64,000 nucleotides of DNA. It comes from Chiloscyllium plagiosum. Lineage: Eukaryota. The DNA is taken from contig NC_057718.1 of assembly GCF_004010195.1 (NCBI RefSeq), positions 6,362,857 through 6,426,856 on the forward strand. Direction: 5' to 3'. How positions within the stretch are numbered: the stretch's first letter is position 1; the number at the start of each line of letters is the position of its first letter. The notes below the pieces were generated by a model, which saw only the letters and a program-made list of their open reading frames with translations, had not been told where the DNA came from and made no database searches. The position numbers were made by a program, and so were the translations under genes. This document shows positions 51,130 through 61,997 of this stretch, piece after piece.

Positions 51130-52002
51130 GAGTTAGGGTTACAGCTAAGGTCAAAGTTAAGTTAGAGATAGGGTTAAACTTAGGTTTAGAGTTAGGGTTA
51201 GGGCTAGAGTTAGGGTTAGAGTTAGGTTAGATTAAAGGTTAGACTTGCGATTGGGTTAGAGTTGAGGTTAGTGTTAGAATTAGGATTATGGTTATAGTTG
51301 AGGATAGGGTTAGAGTTAGGGTTATGGTTAGAGTCAGAGTTAGGTTTATGGTTAGAGTTGAGGTTAGAGTTCAAGTTCGGGTTAAGGTTAGAGTTGAGGT
51401 TAGTGTTAGAATTAGGTTTATGGTTAGAGTTGAGGTTAGAGTTCAAGTTCGGGTTAAGGTTAGAGTTGAGGTTAGTGTTAGAATTAGGTTTATGGTTAGA
51501 GTTGAGGTTAGAGTTCAAGTTCGGGTTAAGGTTAGAGTTGAGGTTAGTGTTAGAATTAGGTTTATGGTTAGAGTTGAGGTTAGAGTTCAAGTTCGGGTTA
51601 AGGTTAGAGTTGAGGTTAGTGTTAGAATTAGGTTTATGGTTAGAGTTGAGGTTAGGCTTCGAGTTAGGGTTATGGTTAGAATTGATATTAGGGTTAGAAT
51701 CAGAGTTATGGTTAGAATTGAGATTAGGGTTAGAGTTAGGGTTATGGTTAGAGATTAGAGTTAGGGTTATGGTTAGAATTTAGTTGAGGGTTAGAGTTAG
51801 GGTTATGGTTAGAGATTAGAGTTAGGGTTATGGTTAGAATTTAGTTGAGGGTTAGAGTTAGGGTTATGGTTAGAATTGTGTTTAGGATTAGAGTTAAGGT
51901 TATGGTTAGAGTTGTGCTTAGGGTTGTGATTAGAGTTGAGGTCAGGGTTAGACTTACGGTGATGGTTAGAGTTGAGGTTAGGATTCAGCTTCGGGCTAGG
52001 GA
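51130..52002 (+). repeat. Degenerate telomere-like hexamer array with 72-bp and 61-bp higher-order units
   Basis: TTAGGG/TTAGAG/TTATGG/TTGAGG hexamers; four identical 72-bp units at 51340-51627. Confidence 0.93.
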
Positions 52003-52364
52003 TAGCAGTCCTACATTTTACTCTGACTTCATATGAACAGTTAGATACATGAGTATTGCCAAAAGGAAGAAGATCATCTGGTTCCCCTTCTCCCATCCTG
52101 CTCCAAATATAATACAGCTATTGACCTATACCAGGTACTAATCTCTACCAGTGGGGTGGAATTTAATGCCCATTCCCTCAGTAAGGTTGGTGGCAGACAG
52201 GGCATTTAATCAGGCAGGTGGCTGGTATATGAAGACTCTAATCTCCTTTCCACATCTACCCTGGTGAGTTTCCAGGCAGGAATGCAATGGACATGCAGTG
52301 TAGAATCTTCAATGGGTAATTAATGCCCATTTAAGAAGCTTACTGCACTGCAAATCTTTCCCTT

Positions 52365-52760
52365 ATAGAGTCATACAACACCAAAACAGGCCCTTCAGCG
52401 CAACCTGTCCATGCTGACCAGGTTTCCTTGACTGAACTAGTCTCATTTGGCTGCATTTGGCCCATATTCCTATAAAGGTTTTCCATCCATATCCCTGCCC
52501 AAACATCTATTAAATGTTGGAATTGTACCTTCGTCTACCAATTCCTTTGGCACCTCATTCCGTATCCGAACCACCCTTTTGCCTGAAAAGGTTACCCCTT
52601 AGGTCCCTTTTAAATTTTTTCCCTCTCATCTTAAACCTATGTCCTCAACTCTTGGAAAAAGACCTTGGCTATCTACCTTCTCTATGCTCCTCATGATTTT
52701 ATAAACCTCTACAAAGTCATCCCTCAGCCTCTGACACTCCAGTGAAAGAAGTCCCAGCCT
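52365..52760 (-). mobile_element. CR1 3' fragment
   Basis: Reverse tail (agagtcatacaacac..caggcccttcag) and ORF2 end. Confidence 0.82.
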
Positions 52761-52889
52761 ATCATGTTTGGACATGTCACAACATGCTCCTGTTTGGACT
52801 TAAACACAGACTTTCTGGCTCAGAGATAGGGGCATTATCACAGAACCACAAGACCCTTTCCATCACAAAGGGTCTTTCTCAGTTCCTTA

Positions 52890-53405
52890 ATGAAGAGGGA
52901 TGCTTCTGCTTTGGAGGGAGTGCAGTGAATGTCTAATAGGTTCCTGGGATGGCAGGCCTGAGGGATGAGGAGAAATTAAGTTGGTTCGGATTCTACTCAC
53001 TGGAGTTCAGAAAAAAGGTGAGGGGAGGGGTTGGGAATCTCATAAAAATCTAAAATCTTTTAACAGGATAAGACAGGTGACATGGAGGAAAGATGTTCCT
53101 GATGGTGGAGGACCCTCGGACAAGAGGTCATAGTTTAATGATAAGGGGCAAATGTTCTAGGACTGAGACGGGGAGGAAAGTCTTCACCAAAAGAGTGGGA
53201 GCCACATTCCACAGAGAGCGGCTGAGGCCAAAATGTTCTGTTTTCAAGAAGGAGGTAGATATAGCTCTTGTAGCTCAAGAGATATGTGGAGTTGTGGGTA
53301 GGATTAGGGCATTGTGCTCGATGATCAATCATGATCATATTGAATGGTGGAGCAGGCCAGAGGGGCTGAATGATATCCTCCAGGTCATATCTTTGGTGCG
53401 TCTAT
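52890..53405 (+). mobile_element. CR1 3' fragment
   Basis: MFLMVEDPRTRGHSLMIRGK..VFTKRVG. Confidence 0.82.
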
Positions 53406-54039
53406 GCGAGACCACTTTGGCATAATACCATGAAGAACAAGGCAGCAGCTTGAGGAAATGAGGGAGAACATTGGAGGAAATGTTTGAGGTTAGGATGGAT
53501 TATCACCACCAAAATGTTTTATTGCTTATTATGTGAAAAATTCTAACAAATCTTTAATGTGTTGCCAATAGTAAGTCAACATCAGAATATAATTAATTGT
53601 ACTGGATTAGCAAGTGAAGTCATTTATCAGTGCATTGATTGCTCTCCAGTTCTATCACTTCTTACACTCTATTATCCCTGTATATATAGCACAAGACCTG
53701 GAAGAATACAGTGGGTTCAAAAGTAGATTTTTAAAATGTTATTCTGAACCATAAAATTAAGACAGAGATCTTTAGGGATGACGTCAGGACTATGGCTTGT
53801 TCTGTAAAGATAATTAGAAAAGATTATTAAAAACAGCATCTCACTAATTCCTGCTGGGTTAATTCTAGGCATAAGATTTTATCAAAAGACTTTCAGACAT
53901 CTGTTTGTCACCACATCCAAAGGGAAAATTGTCAATATGTTTGAGTGCTCTTTGAGATGCGATAGTATGTCAGGCTCTTATGAATTAGTTAGGTTTAGAA
54001 AGTTGAGCTCACATGAACGTCCACATCCTATTCACCTAT

Positions 54040-54310
54040 TACTTCTGCATTCATTGATTCACATTGGCTCCCAGACTAGAAATACATCAGATCTAAACTT
54101 TTTGTTGTCTGTCAGATCTCTCTATGGCTTTGCCCTCTCCAGTATCTGTAACTTCCTCCAGCTGTACAGACCTCAAGAACATCAGGTGCTCCTTCAGTTC
54201 TGGCCTCTTGCACATGCCCAATTTCATGGTACTCACACAGGCAACAGTGCATCACCTAGTCCCTCAACCTTCTCCACCTTGTTCTTGCTAAATCATGGAC
54301 AAAGGTTTTG
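54040..54310 (+). mobile_element. L2-like LINE fragment
   Basis: HWLP..LYGFALSSICNFLQLY-type L2 C-terminal remnant. Confidence 0.5.
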
Positions 54311-54332
54311 GCTACTCTGTGTCACTCATCAT

Positions 54333-54585
54333 CATAGAGTCATCAAGTCATACAACATGGAAACAAACCCTTTGGTGCAACTAATCTATGCTGACTAGGT
54401 TTCCCAAAGCAAACTAGTCCCATTTGCCTGCATTGGTCCACCTCTCTCTAAACCCTGCTGTCCAAATGTTTGTTGAATGTTATAACTGTACCTGCATCTA
54501 CCACTTCCTCTGGCAGTTCATTTCACACACAAACCACCTTCTGTAAGAAAAAAGTTGCCTCTCAGGTCCCTTTTAAATCTTTCTC
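54333..54585 (-). mobile_element. CR1 3' end
   Basis: Reverse tail catagagtcatcaagtcatac. Confidence 0.8.
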
Positions 54586-54589
54586 CAAG

Positions 54590-55055
54590 CGGGAACCTTG
54601 CAGGGTGGTGGTGTGCGAATGTATCTGCTGCCCTTGTCACTGTAGCTGGCAGAAGTCACTGGTTTGGAAAATATTTCTTAAAGAGCCTTGGTAAGTTGTT
54701 TCAGTATTCTTGGCATTGTGCAGATGGTACACACTGGTGTCAGCGTATGCCTGTGTTGGAGGGATTAAATGGTGAAGTTTCTTGGATGTCACGCTAAGTA
54801 AGTGGGCTTCTTTGTCCTGGAACACTGTCATGCTCCTTAAGTGGTGTTGGAGCTGCAATCATCCAGGCAAATGGAGATTATTTCACCCCAGAGCTCTGAC
54901 TTGTGTCCTGTAGATGGTGGACAGACTCTGGGGAAACAGGAGATGAATTATTTCTTGCTCTTGCAGCCATTGTATTTATAATGGCTAATCCAGTTTAATA
55001 TTTGGTCAGTGGTCACCTTGGAATGTTGATAGTGAGGGATTCAATGATGATAACT
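54590..55055 (-). mobile_element. Zenon-like CR1-group LINE fragment
   Basis: Reverse of the YRTQVR..AWMIAAPT..QDKEA region. Confidence 0.7.
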
Positions 55056-55404
55056 TGTCCTGTCAATGGCACTGTACTTACCTTGGGATGTTGATGCTGG
55101 TGTCTGGGACATCATTTGCGAGGCATGATTCTGTGAGAATGACTGTGTTAGGCTTTTGTTTTGCTGGTCTGTGGGACATCTCCTACATGATGTTAGACGG
55201 GAAACTTTGTACGGTTGACAGGCCTTTTGCCATTGCCCATGCCTTGGTTGATGCCATTTAGCCCATGTGAATTCCTCCTTTTCTCATATATCGTCATGGG
55301 TTGATACAACTTAATGCTGGATTGTTTCAGAGACAAAAAAAAAATTGCAGATGCTGGAATCCAAAGTAGACAAGCAGACGATTGGAAGAACACAGAGAGC
55401 CAAA

Positions 55405-55642
55405 TTGTTTCAGAGGGCATTTAAGAGTGAACCACATTGCTGTAGATCAGGAGTCACTTGTAGGCCAGGCCAGACCAGACTAAGATGACATATTTCTGTC
55501 AATAAATTATATTAGTGTACCTCATAGGGTTTTACAACAATTATTTCATGGTCATCATTTGTTGCATTAGGGTTCAAATCCATGTCTCTGGAATACCACC
55601 TTAGATTAGCCCAGTAACAATACCATTACAGTACCACCTCCC
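55405..55642 (-). mobile_element. tRNA-SINE (Zenon-like tail family)
   Basis: agagggcatttaagagtgaaccacattgctgt..ggagtcac..gtaggccag. Confidence 0.7.
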
Positions 55643-56409
55643 AATCTAAGCTACTGTATTAACTCCAAGCTATCTCAACTTTCCATAGCACACCACCAGT
55701 TTTCATGATCTTTCCAGAAGTCTAACATATGTGATGTTGCTTCTTGGTGTTAGTAAGACACAGAAGATTGCAGATCAAAGTGGATGCGTGAAGATGTTCA
55801 CATTAATCTAAAGCTGAACTGTTTGTATTTAACGATTTGTCTGAGTGAGTCAAGATGTTCTGTTTGGCTCAAATCTCCCTCATCACAGACATAATGATGC
55901 AAGATGACTTCAACATGACAATATTAGTTAGCAGGGTTTCCAAGATTCTGCAGAGTGCAAGGGGTCTCCAGAAACACATGAATGACAGCAAAAGGATAGC
56001 TGAAAGTCAATGTGGTAGAATTGAACAGAACAGCCTTTATTATCACGTGCGCTCAAATAATTGTAGTGTCGCCTCTCGACACCATCTTACATACAGGATA
56101 CCTAGGTACAGTACTTTCCCTGCTCTAGGACTCGATCCGTGAGCTGGTCTGCTCCACCTTCTGAGGCTCCACCCACGTTCACAAAATCCTGAAGAAAAGG
56201 CTGACATAAATTCACTGTCTGTGTTACAGGAGAATGCTCCACCTCCATTTCGTCCTTCCTGCTCAATAAGTATGGAATCCATTCCTTTTCTTCACAGTAA
56301 ATTGTTTGCTTAACTTTACTCAATGTTATCAGTGTCCCCTGGAAGCGTGAATTCACTCAGAGTTCTGCATTCATCTTATTCTGCTGCATACTGGTTGTTA
56401 AAGCAATCT

Positions 56410-56900
56410 TCCACTTCAGTTTGTAACAGCCCATGTAATTCATGCTGACTGTGTTCCCAATCTCATCTAATCCCACTTGTCTGCATTTGGCCCATATCCC
56501 TCCAGTCCTTTCAAATTCAGGCACATATCCAAATGTCTTTTAAAGGTTGTAACTTTACCTGCATCCACCACTTCGTCTGGCAGTTCTTACTATTCACGAA
56601 CTACACTCGATATAAAAAAGTTGCCCCTCATATTCTTTTTAAAACTTTCTTCTTTCACCTTAACCACATCTGGCACTCTGTTTTGAATTGCCCAACCCTA
56701 GTGGAAAGGCCCTTGCTACTCACCATTTCTATACCCCTCATGATTTCCAAACTTCACCCCTCAAACTCCAATGCTCCAGTGAAAAAAATCATAGCGTATC
56801 CAGTCTATTTTTATATCTCAAACCCTCCGTTCCCAGAAATATCTTGGCAAATCTTTTCTGAACCCTCTCCAGTATAAAAATAGTCTTCCTATAACTTGGC
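56410..56900 (-). mobile_element. CR1 3' fragment
   Basis: tttggcccatatccctcc..aaaaagttgcccctca..ctgaaccctctccag. Confidence 0.8.
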
Positions 56901-57075
56901 GATGGCTCTAAGACTCTATATCAAGTAACATGTATATCATATAAATGTCAGCCAATGACCAGCTCCAACAAAAGAGGATCTAACCTTCACTTATTGAGGT
57001 CCATTAGTTTTACCATCGCTGAATTTCTCCATCATCAACATCCTGGGAGTTACCATTGACTAGAAAGGAAACTGG

Positions 57076-57290
57076 AGGGGAAAGTGAGGACTGCAGATGC
57101 TGGAGATCAGAGCTGAAAATGTGTTGCTGGAAAAGCGCAGCAGGTCAGGCAGCATCCAGGGAACAGGAGAATCGACGTTTCGGGCATGAGTCCTTCTTTC
57201 CTGAAGAAGGGCTCATGCCCGAAACATCGATTCTCCTGCTCCTTGGATGCTGCCTGACCTGCTGTGCTTTTCCAGCAACACATTTTCAGA
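57076..57290. mobile_element. Palindromic Penelope mini-element with hammerhead-like motif
   Basis: Inverted arms; TSD tagaaaggaaactgg at 57061-57075 and 57291-57305. Confidence 0.9.
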
Positions 57291-57677
57291 TAGAAAGGAA
57301 ACTGGGCTAACTATATAAATATTGTGGCTGCAAGAGCTGGTCAGAGGATAATAACTGTGTGGTGAGTAACTCATCTCATGTTTCCCTAAAGACTGTCCAC
57401 CACCAGCAAATCATCAATCAGGGGTGTGACAGAATTCTCCCTAAATAATTGCAGCTCCAACAAGAGCTAAGAAGCTTGACACCATCCAGGGATTCAAGGC
57501 ACTAGGTCTAAAAGCTCTGCATTTCCTTCCTAACAGCACTGAGAGTGACATTCCACACCAGGGATTGCAACTGTACAAGAAGACAGCTCACCCCCATTTT
57601 ACCTTGACTATCAGGGATGGTTGAAACTTTATTGCTGGAACAGCACAGCAGGTCAGGCAGCATCCAGGGAACAGGAG

Positions 57678-57713
57678 ATTCGACGTTTCGGGCACAGGCC
57701 CTTCTTCAGGAAT
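57678..57713 (-). ncRNA. Minimal type-I hammerhead ribozyme motif
   Basis: AUUC-CUGAAGA-A-GGGC(CUGU)GCCC-GAAAC-GUC-GAAU: core intact, 4-bp stem I, 4-bp stem II. Confidence 0.8.
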
Positions 57714-57939
57714 GAGCAGAGAGTGTTCAGCAGGAGAAGATAAAAGGTAGGGAGGAGGGACTTGGAGGAGGGGCGTTGGAAATGTGATAGGTGGAAAGAG
57801 GTCAAGGTGAGGGTGATAGGTCGGAGTAGGATGGAGGCGGAGAGGTCAAGAAGAAGACTGCAGGTCAGGAAGGCGGTGCCGGGCTGGAGGGATTCGGCTG
57901 AGACAAGGTGGGGGGAGGGGGGATGAAGAAACTGTCCAA

Positions 57940-58272
57940 GTTCATCCCCTGTGGTTGGAGGGTTCCCAGTCAGAAGATAAGACCGTCGCGTTGTTGTGGT
58001 TTGGCGGTGGATGAGTCCAATGACCTGCATATCCTCGGTGGAGTGGGAGGGGGAGTTGAAATGCTGTGCTACAGGGTGGTTGGGTTGGTTCGTCCGGGTG
58101 GCCCAGAGGTGCTCTCTGAATCGCTCCGCAAGTAGGCGGCCTGTCACCCCAATATAGAGGAGGCCACACCGGCTGCAGCGGATGCAGTAGATGATGTGGT
58201 TGGAGGTGCAGGTGAATCTGTGGCGGATATGGAAGTTTCCCTTGGGGCCTTGGAGAGAAGTGAGGGGGGAGG
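57940..58272 (-). pseudogene. Penelope GIY-YIG endonuclease domain
   Basis: FTCTSNHIIYCIRCSRCGLLYIGVTGRLLAERFREHL..PVAQHFN; deletion near the C-terminus. Confidence 0.88.
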
Positions 58273-58590
58273 TAGAATCGTTTCTACCTCCTGCCCAAAA
58301 TCCACAAACCTGACTGCCCCGGACGACCCATCGTCTCAGCCTGCTCCTGCCCAACCGAACTCATCTCGGCATACCTCGACACGGTCCTGTCCCCATTAGT
58401 CCAAGAACCCCCCACCTACGTCCGTGACACCACCCACGCCCTCCACCTCCTCCAGGACTTCCGCTTCCCCGGTCCCCAACGCCTCATCTTCACCATGGAC
58501 ATCCAGTCCCTGTACACCTCCATCCCCCATCACAAAGGACTCAAAGCACTCCGCTTCTTCCTCTCCCGCCGTACCACCCAGTACCCTTCC

Positions 58591-59482
58591 CTGAGATAGA
58601 AACAGAAAGGTCTCGGAAGGGGAGGGAGGAGTCCGAGACTGTCCAGGTGAATTTGAGGTTGGGGTGGAAGGTGTTAGTGTAGTGGATGAACTGTTCAACC
58701 TCCTCGTGGGAGCACGAGGTAGCGCCGATACAGTCATCAATGTAGCGAAGGAAGAGATGGGGGGTGGGGCCAGTGTATTTGCGGAAGATGGATTGTTCCA
58801 CATACCCTACGAAGAGGCAGGCATAGCTGGGGCCCATGCGGGTGCCCATGGCTACTCCTTTTGTTTGGAGAAAGTGGGAGGATTGGAAAGGAAAGTTGTT
58901 CAGGGTGAGGACCAGTTCGGTCAGTCGAAGGAGGGTGTCGGTGGAAGGGTACTGGGTGGTACGGCGGGAAAGGCAGAAGCGGAGTGCTTTGAGTCCTTCG
59001 TGATGGGGGATGGAGGTGTACAGGGACTGGATGTCCATGGTGAAGATGAGGCGTTGGGGACCGGGGAAGCGGAAATCCTGGAGGAGGTGGAGGGCGTTGG
59101 TGGTGTCACGAACGTAGGTGGGGATTTCTTGGACTAATGGGGACAGGACCGTGTCGAGGTATGCCGAGATGTGTTCGGTTGGGCAGGAGCAGGCTGAGAC
59201 GATGGGTCGTCTGGGGCAGTCAGGTTTGTGGATTTTGGGCAGGAGGTAGAAACGGGCGGTGCGGGGTTGTGGGACTATGAGGTTGGAGGCGGTGGATGGG
59301 AGGTCCCCTGAGGTGATGAGGTTATGGATGGTCTGGGAGATGATGGTTTGGTGGTGGGGGGTGGGGTCATGGTCAAGGGGACGGTAGGAGGAGGTATCTG
59401 CGAGATTTTTCTGGCGTTTGGCCTCAGCGTTGTAAAGGTGAGTGCGCCAAACTACTACTGCGCCTCCCTTGTCAGCTGGTTT
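58591..59482 (-). pseudogene. Penelope reverse transcriptase domain; open frame but 5' truncated and interrupted
   Basis: ORF 58541-59527 contains RT motifs A (MDIQSLY), B' (GVAMG) and C (YIDD). Confidence 0.9.
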
Positions 59483-59754
59483 GGGCAAAGTCTTAGTGCT
59501 GACCCAGCCAACAGTGCACGCATCCAATGAAGAACTGAAAAGTTAAATTGCATTGTCGGCCCATAGTAATTGATGGAACAATGTTCTTCACAGTTTCAAT
59601 CTAAGCTTGAGGTAAGTGTCACCTCAGAAGAGACCACTGATGATACAGAAGAGGCCATTAATTTCTTGGATATAGAGGAGTCAGCAATAACCATTAAAGT
59701 AATAAAATTAGGATTAAGGAAAAAGTCACTTCAGCAGTCTGAGTGTCGAATAAA

Positions 59755-59930
59755 CATCATTTTTAATGGCTAGGCCCATTTATTGCCCATTCCTAGTTGC
59801 CTAGAGGGCAGCTAAGAGTCAACCACATCGCTGTGGGCCGGGAGTCACATATAGGCCAGACCAGGTAAAATCAGCAGTTTCATACCCTAAAGGACATTAG
59901 TGAACTAAGTGGGTTTTTGCAATAATTCAT
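59755..59930 (-). mobile_element. tRNA-SINE 3' half (Zenon-like tail family)
   Basis: catttattgcccattcctagttgcc..agagggcag..aagagtcaaccacat..ggagtcacat. Confidence 0.8.
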
Positions 59931-59944
59931 ATCAAGTTCCATGT

Positions 59945-60070
59945 AAAACAAAAGAACTGCAGATGGTGTACATCAAAAACAAGAACAGAAGTTGCTGGAA
60001 AAGCACGGCAGGTCTGGCAGGAGTTGCCGAGAGAAATCGGAGTTAACGTTTCAGACCCTTCCTCAGAACT
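59945..60070 (-). mobile_element. Old Penelope-derived terminal fragment
   Basis: agaactgcagatg..gttgctggaaaagcac..gttaacgtttc..ccttcctcagaa. Confidence 0.65.
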
Positions 60071-60191
60071 GGTTTCATGATTCATTGTTCCTTCAAGGCT
60101 CATGATATTTTTTGTATCCATGGTTTAGGTGTGTTCCCAGTTACCTCTTACAAATATTTATTGAGTTTGCAGATAGAATCAGCCTGACAGC

Positions 60192-60547
60192 TGCCCTGCA
60201 TGGCTGATCCACACACCCTCGCCTGTCACTTCCTGGCCTGTCACTTCCTGCCCTGCATGGTTGATCCACACACCCTCGCCTGTCACTTCCTGGCCCGCAT
60301 GGTTGATCCACACACCCTCGCCTGTCACTTCCTGGCCTGCATGGTTGATCCACGCACCCTAGCCTGTCACTTCCTGGCCCGCATAGTTGATCCACGCACC
60401 CTAGCCTGTCACTTCCTGGCCCGCATGGTTGATCCACGCACCCTAGCCTGTCACTTCCTGTCCTGCATGGTTGATCCACACACCCTAGCCTGTCACTTCC
60501 TGCCCTGCATGGTTGATCCACACACCCTAGCCTGTCACTTCCTGGCC
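60192..60547. repeat. 42-bp minisatellite, ~8 units
   Basis: Unit catggttgatccacacaccctagcctgtcacttcctggcccg with point variants and one 15-bp partial duplication. Confidence 0.95.
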
Positions 60548-60884
60548 AAACCCCATCCATCCATCTCACTGCTATGTAAAGCAGTTTAGTCTGTATCTAG
60601 ATTTTTGTTTCCTTGTTTTTGGAAGTAATATCCGCAGATATTTTCCTCAGTCAGTTCCCCCACTGATGGGCAGTGACAATCCTGATGTGGGCAGTGTCTT
60701 CTCTGAAAGGTTGGCAAAACTAATGCAAGAGGTAACCAATTCAAAGGACACTTCTGATTCCAAAGGTTTTTCTGCCTCTACCATACTCTGAGATTCAGGT
60801 ATGAAACAAATTATTCCTCTTTAATTCTTCTCCCAATTGATTTAAATCTGTGCCCGCTGATTACTTGACCCCACCTCGTCTCTG

Positions 60885-61102
60885 TAAAAGGCAGCATGGT
60901 GCCAGAAGACCATCCCATTGCTCTTGTCTTAGAGACAGGCAACTGGTGGTGATTTTAACTGAGGGTCACCAAGCCTCAAGTCAGGGGTGACATTGAGAAG
61001 TGATCGCTTCATGGCAACCTCAGCCGGTGCGGGAAATGAACCCACACTGTGAGCATCATTCTGTATCACAGACCAGCCAACCAACCAACTCAGCTAACTG
61101 AC
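60885..61102 (-). mobile_element. tRNA-derived SINE (same family as 62895)
   Basis: Reverse of ttagctgagttggttgg..gtgatacagaatgatgc..gtgggttcatttccc..ggctgaggttgccatgaag. Confidence 0.75.
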
Positions 61103-61182
61103 CCCCTATACCTCGATTAAAACTGTCAGCCTCCTCCATTCCAAAGATGGTGCTTCAACTATCCTGGTCATTACACTGAATG

Positions 61183-61302
61183 GCTTCCTGAAGAAGGGCT
61201 TCCTGAAGAAGGGCTTATGCCCGAAACGTCGATTCTCCTGTTCCCTTTCCAGCAACACATTTTCAGCTCTGATCTCCAGCATCTGCAGACCTCACTTTCT
61301 CC
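61183..61302 (+). mobile_element. Penelope terminal mini-insertion with intact hammerhead core
   Basis: ttcctgaagaagggcttatgcccgaaacgtcga; TSD tcattacactgaatg at 61168-61182 and 61303-61317. Confidence 0.88.
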
Positions 61303-61359
61303 TCATTACACTGAATGAAAACTAACAATTTTCTTCACTGGGTTATCTTTCATAACACC

Positions 61360-61650
61360 TTAAGATATAGGGACATTTGGTCCCTCCAACCTGCTCCACT
61401 ATTCAATAAGACCATGGGCTGATCTGACATTCCTCACAATCACTTTCCTATCCTTTCCCTGTAACCCTTGATTCACCGACTGATCAAGAATATCTCTGTC
61501 TCAACCTTAAATATACACAAGGACTCTGCCCTCACAGCTGTCTGTGGCAAGGAGTTCCAAAGACCCACAACCTTCTGAAAGAATAAATTCCTCTTACCTC
61601 AGTTTTAATTTGAGACCATGCTCTCTGATCCTAGACTCTCCCATAAGTTG
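61360..61650 (-). mobile_element. CR1 3' end
   Basis: cctgctccactattcaataagaccatgg..taacccttgattc..aggagttccaaaga. Confidence 0.75.
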
Positions 61651-61997
61651 GGGTCCCAACCCTGACTCCACAAATTGTCAACATGAAAAAACCTCTTGTT
61701 ACCACTCATCTATTTTCTCCCCATTAGCAGAGTCTCTATCCATACCTCCAGCAGTGTGGGCTCCTACCTCACGACTTAACATTTTGTGAGGCGTCTCATC
61801 GAACATTTCCTGTACATCTAAATTCAACACACCTACTATCTCTGTACCTACTCTGGTTGATAGTTCCTCAAAAAACTTTAGTAAGTGAATCTTTCAACCT
61901 TGTTTCACTAATGCATCACCATACAATTTTTGTATCTCATTGAACATGGAGTTACATAAACTGGAGAGGTTAATCTGGCATTTATTTGACTGTTACT

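Larger units (their letters stand above)
57620..59482 (-). mobile_element. Penelope-like retroelement (Neptune-like), 5' truncated and internally rearranged
   Basis: RT KPADKGG..FYLLPKIHK..MDIQSLYT..GVAMGTRMGPSYA..RYIDD; GIY-YIG IIYCIRC..YIGVTGR..RFREH; hammerhead terminus. Confidence 0.95.
56990..59545 (+). mobile_element. Zenon-like CR1-group LINE 3' part hosting two PLE insertions
   Basis: INILGVTID|..KLDTIQ; tail gggatgg|ggcaaa..tgctgacccagcca..catccaatgaa split by the long PLE. Confidence 0.75.

Noticed and set aside
51222..52096. Long low-complexity ORFs (NSNLN.., VRVRV.., LELRL..)
   Set aside because: Translations of the hexamer array; no evidence of coding function
57653..58354. 233-aa ORF as a novel protein
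   Set aside because: Chimera of an antisense RT arm, the GIY-YIG domain and read-through into the PLE terminus
60141..60589. Repetitive Cys-rich ORFs; superficially CRISPR-like periodicity
   Set aside because: 42-bp tandem units with no unique spacers, no cas genes, and a eukaryotic context
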